Below are positions 60,633 through 64,000 of a DNA stretch of 64,000 bases, piece after piece (position 1 is the first letter of the stretch; each line of letters starts with the position of its first letter). Source of the DNA: a virus (taxonomy: Duplodnaviria; Caudoviricetes); IMG/VR virus record IMGVR_UViG_2852743531_000003, positions 32,001-96,000 of that record. One strand, written 5' to 3'. The position numbers and the translations under genes were made by a program. The notes below the pieces were generated by a model. The model made no database searches. It was not told the DNA's origin and worked only from the letters and a program-made list of their open reading frames with translations.

Positions 60633-63101
60633 ATGGCGGACTTGCTGAACGCATTGCAATCCATATCGGGACGGCAGGCGTATTTCCTCGAAGTACCCGG
60701 CACCGACACTGCGTCGGCACTGTCGGTCGTGTCATTTGACGCCAATGAGATGATGGGGGCGCCCAATGAAGTGAGCATCGAGATGACCCATCCGATGCAG
60801 CTCTCACGAGCGGACTATCTGAATCGCGATGCGGTCTTCACGATCGTGCCCGACGATGGTGTGCCAAAAAAATTCTCGGGCTACATCGAGCGCTTCTCGA
60901 CGATCCAGACAACAAAGGACTTCACCCGGTATCGGGCCGTACTGAAATCGCACTTCGGGCGCCTGCAGGCCGTCACGAACACGCAGGTCTTCCAGCACCT
61001 CACCACCCCGCAGATCATCAGGAAGATCCTCAGCGCCCACGGCATCCGGGATCACCAGATGTCGTTCCGGCTGCGCGGCAAGTACATGAAGCATCTGTGG
61101 CGCTTCCAGCACCAGATGACGGACTATGACTATGTGCACATGCTCATGGAGAAGGCCGGCATCTACTGCTATATCGTCGAGTCCGAATACGGCGACCAGA
61201 TCGTCTTTGGCGACGACATCGACCACTACATCTACGATCCGCGGTTGATTGTTCCTTACCGTGAAGCGGCCGGCCTCGAGGCGGGTGGCGTGGAAGCGGT
61301 AACGTCCATCAGCACGCACTCCGTGATCGTGCCGCAATCCGTCGTCGTTGCCGATTACAACCCTGAGCAGGCCTGGGAACGTCTTCGCGACCAGGCCAAT
61401 ATCGCACCGCAGGACGAGACCACTTATGGCCAGAGCTACGTCTATGGTACCAATCATCTGGACCAGGATGGCGCGAAGTGGGAAGCGCAACTGCGTCACG
61501 AGGCAGCCATCGCCCGCCAGGTAATCTTCGAAGGCAAGAGCACCGTTTTCGCTCTGCAGTGCGCCCGTGTGCTGGAGACCGACATCGCGCTGCCCGATGC
61601 GCCGAAGGGCGAAGTGATCGTTGAGATCAGCCACAGCGGCGCGCGCGACAAGGCCTATTCGAACAGCTACAAGGCCATCCCGGCCGACCGGCGCTTCCGG
61701 CTCCAACTGGAGCCGGCGAAGTGGGCAAAAATCGCGGGCACACTCAGTGCACGCGTTTGCAGCCCGGACAAGTACACGTATGGCTACCTGAATTCGGTTG
61801 GTTACTACGTGGTACGGCTCGATGCCGACTTCGGAGAGTGGCCCCGCGGTGGCGAGAGCGTGCCGCTGCGTCTGGCAAAGCCGTTTGCAGGCAAGCTGCA
61901 GACCGGCATGCATTTCGTCGCGCTGGATAATGACGAGGCAAAGATCTCATTCCGAAACGGGGATCCCGACAAGCCCGAAATCAGCGGCTTCCACCACCAC
62001 AGCCAGGCGCGCGACCTTGTCACCAACGATCGTCGCTGGCTCTCGCGCAACATGATCCGTACGCAGAAGAACAACAAGCTGCGCATGGAGGACTGGGAGG
62101 GCCAGGAAGGCATCAAGCTGAGCACGGAGCACTCGGGCAAATCACAGCTCAATCTGGGCTATCTGGTGAACCAGAAGCTCGAATACCGCGGTGAAGGCTA
62201 TGAGCTCAGGACATCGGGATACGGCGTAAACCGCGCAGGCAAAGGGCTCTATCTGACGGCGTACGATCGCCCGGCCGCCAATGGCGCCCAGCGCGAGATG
62301 CAGGAGTCGATGGCCCAGCTTGAAAGCGCACTGGAGCTCGCCAAAGCGCTTGCCAATTCGGCAAGCAGCGCGAAAGCGGAGCCTGCCGACACAACCGCCC
62401 AGCAGCAGGTCAAGGACGATCTCGACGGCCTGAAGAAGCCCGGCCTCCTCATGAGCACGCCAGCATCGGCGGGTCTCGTGGCGGCCGGGGGGATCCAGTT
62501 TTCGGCGAAAGACGACATCGCGGGCGTGGCCGGCCGGAATGCTGACTTCAGCGTTATGAAGCGCTTTACTGCGGCGGTGGGCGAAAGGATATCGCTCTTT
62601 GCGCAAAAGCTAGGCATCAAGATTTTCGCAGCGAAAGGCCCTGTTGAGTTTCAGGCGCAGGGCGGCCCGATGTCGCTCACTGCGGCCAAGGACGTCAACC
62701 TCGGCAGCGTCAACGGGAAGGTCAACCTGACAGCGGCCAAGGAGATCATCCTTGAGTGCGGCGGCGCTTTCATCCAGATCAAGGACGGCAGCATAACACT
62801 TGGCGGTCCGCTCGATCTTTTCATCAAGACCATCACGATCCAGAAGCAAGGCACAGCTTCGATGCAAACGGCGATGCCGACACTACCGAAGTTTATTGAA
62901 CACCTTTTCGATCGCCCTGTTTGGGTCGTAGACGAACGTGGATATTCGATTCCGAATCGGCCTGTTCGAGTCCATTTGAAGAACGGCGAAATCTTGAACG
63001 GAAAGACCGATCACGACGGAATTACGCAGCTCGCCATCAGTGACGAAGCCGACGTATTGAAAATCGAAGTGCTGAAAAAACTCAGCGGGAAAAACGTATG
63101 A
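60633..63101 (+). CDS. vgrG: type VI secretion system spike protein VgrG with DUF2345-like C-terminus
   Basis: gp27/gp5-like layout. GMHF...GDPDKP.I, GIKLSTEHSGKSQLNLG, GYELRT and SLFAQKLGIKIFAAKGPVEFQAQ. Confidence 0.93.
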   Translation: MADLLNALQSISGRQAYFLEVPGTDTASALSVVSFDANEMMGAPNEVSIEMTHPMQLSRADYLNRDAVFTIVPDDGVPKKFSGYIERFSTIQTTKDFTRYRAVLKSHFGRLQAVTNTQVFQHLTTPQIIRKILSAHGIRDHQMSFRLRGKYMKHLWRFQHQMTDYDYVHMLMEKAGIYCYIVESEYGDQIVFGDDIDHYIYDPRLIVPYREAAGLEAGGVEAVTSISTHSVIVPQSVVVADYNPEQAWERLRDQANIAPQDETTYGQSYVYGTNHLDQDGAKWEAQLRHEAAIARQVIFEGKSTVFALQCARVLETDIALPDAPKGEVIVEISHSGARDKAYSNSYKAIPADRRFRLQLEPAKWAKIAGTLSARVCSPDKYTYGYLNSVGYYVVRLDADFGEWPRGGESVPLRLAKPFAGKLQTGMHFVALDNDEAKISFRNGDPDKPEISGFHHHSQARDLVTNDRRWLSRNMIRTQKNNKLRMEDWEGQEGIKLSTEHSGKSQLNLGYLVNQKLEYRGEGYELRTSGYGVNRAGKGLYLTAYDRPAANGAQREMQESMAQLESALELAKALANSASSAKAEPADTTAQQQVKDDLDGLKKPGLLMSTPASAGLVAAGGIQFSAKDDIAGVAGRNADFSVMKRFTAAVGERISLFAQKLGIKIFAAKGPVEFQAQGGPMSLTAAKDVNLGSVNGKVNLTAAKEIILECGGAFIQIKDGSITLGGPLDLFIKTITIQKQGTASMQTAMPTLPKFIEHLFDRPVWVVDERGYSIPNRPVRVHLKNGEILNGKTDHDGITQLAISDEADVLKIEVLKKLSGKNV

Positions 63102-64000
63102 TCAACAACAACCCGTTCCAAATTCCGGAAGTATCTCAGACTGACGCAGATACGTTCCCGCCATTTACACGGCCCGTTCCTGCTGAGAATAGCGAGTACC
63201 GTAACGATCTTTACGGTACTCCGTTCGCTTACGAGTCAGGATTCGCCTGTACCGTTACACTTGCCGACGAGTTACTGGAAAAGCTTCGGAAGAACGGGGA
63301 GGACACCGAGGTGCAGCATCGCGACGACGTACCACTGACGCCAACAGCTGCCCCGGCATCGTCGAATGGACAGCCACCGCAAAGCTCTCCAAAGTCTCCA
63401 CCCTCTACTGGAGCACCGGCAGCACCTAACAAGAGAAACAAAAATGATGCGAATGATCATCAACAACTTATAAATAAATTAAATAAGAACCCGCACGTCG
63501 TTGAATTTAAAGGTGCGGTTCTAGATAGGAACGAACGTCTTAAGATTATCGCCGCTGTCGCAATGTGCGAAAGTGGGCGAGATCCATTTGGCGCCGAAAA
63601 TACCGACCAGGAATTTGTTGGCCGAAAAGACGGAAACAAGGGAATTGAAACTAGTTATTCACGTATTGTTCATATTGGGTTGTCGTATGGAATTATTCAA
63701 TTTACACAAGATGGCGGCGCCCTCGGAGGGGTGTTAAAGAAGTGTAATGAAAAGAATCATGAAAAATTCGTTGAGATTTTTGGTGACAACTGGCAAGAAT
63801 TGCTCACCCTAACGAGCCCCGGAATTTTTGTCCCCGGTGTTGATTATATATCTGGCCTTGACCACTGGCACGCGATCTCAAAAACCAAGGAAGGTGTCGA
63901 GATTAGCAAGTCGGCGTCAAAAGGCCAATTGCCAGTTGGGCGTGAAATTCGCGGGAAGCGCGTCCAGCCAATATCCGTACAGGTTGGTGGGGTGAAGCAG
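63098..64000 (+). CDS. putative T6SS lysozyme-like peptidoglycan hydrolase effector (partial, runs off window)
   Basis: ATGA overlap with the vgrG stop. Manual translation gives MINNNPFQ...KIIAAVAMCESGRDPFG...HIGLSYGIIQFTQDGGALG. AT-rich. Confidence 0.65.
   Translation, partial: MINNNPFQIPEVSQTDADTFPPFTRPVPAENSEYRNDLYGTPFAYESGFACTVTLADELLEKLRKNGEDTEVQHRDDVPLTPTAAPASSNGQPPQSSPKSPPSTGAPAAPNKRNKNDANDHQQLINKLNKNPHVVEFKGAVLDRNERLKIIAAVAMCESGRDPFGAENTDQEFVGRKDGNKGIETSYSRIVHIGLSYGIIQFTQDGGALGGVLKKCNEKNHEKFVEIFGDNWQELLTLTSPGIFVPGVDYISGLDHWHAISKTKEGVEISKSASKGQLPVGREIRGKRVQPISVQVGGVKQ

Noticed and set aside
1-64000. CRISPR array, integrase, transposase or att direct repeats
   Set aside because: No regularly spaced repeats or recombinase motifs were seen by eye. 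Only two short two-copy duplications were found.

Overview
About 60 kb of this window (1 to ~60010) is a block of apparently intact genes that look like the virion-morphogenesis and virion-transcription core of a phiKZ-like jumbo phage (the Chimalliviridae, nucleus-forming lineage). It includes three split virion RNA polymerase subunits (the beta' piece carries the catalytic DFDGD), a terminase large subunit, tail sheath and tube, a 2233-aa tail protein with a lytic transglycosylase domain, a prohead protease, a UvsX/RecA-like ATPase and RNase H. phiKZ-type early (TATATTAC) and late (TATG) promoter motifs sit upstream of the expected genes. The DNA is GC-rich (judged by eye) and Burkholderia-like, and host-type cargo interrupts the block: a lower-GC restriction-modification pair, a GntR/dehydratase/FAD-oxidoreductase/MFS cassette with sigma70-type promoters next to a degenerate tRNA-Gly, an NlpC/P60 peptidase, and a low-GC orphan. 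At the right end the terminase is followed by a small exported protein, a T6SS vgrG and a lysozyme-like effector that runs off the window. The main hypothesis is a resident (prophage, phage-plasmid or domesticated) jumbo phage of a family normally considered strictly lytic. phiKZ gp numbers and family names come from remembered motifs and gene order, not from searches. No integrase, att site, capsid gene or chimallin gene was seen in this window.
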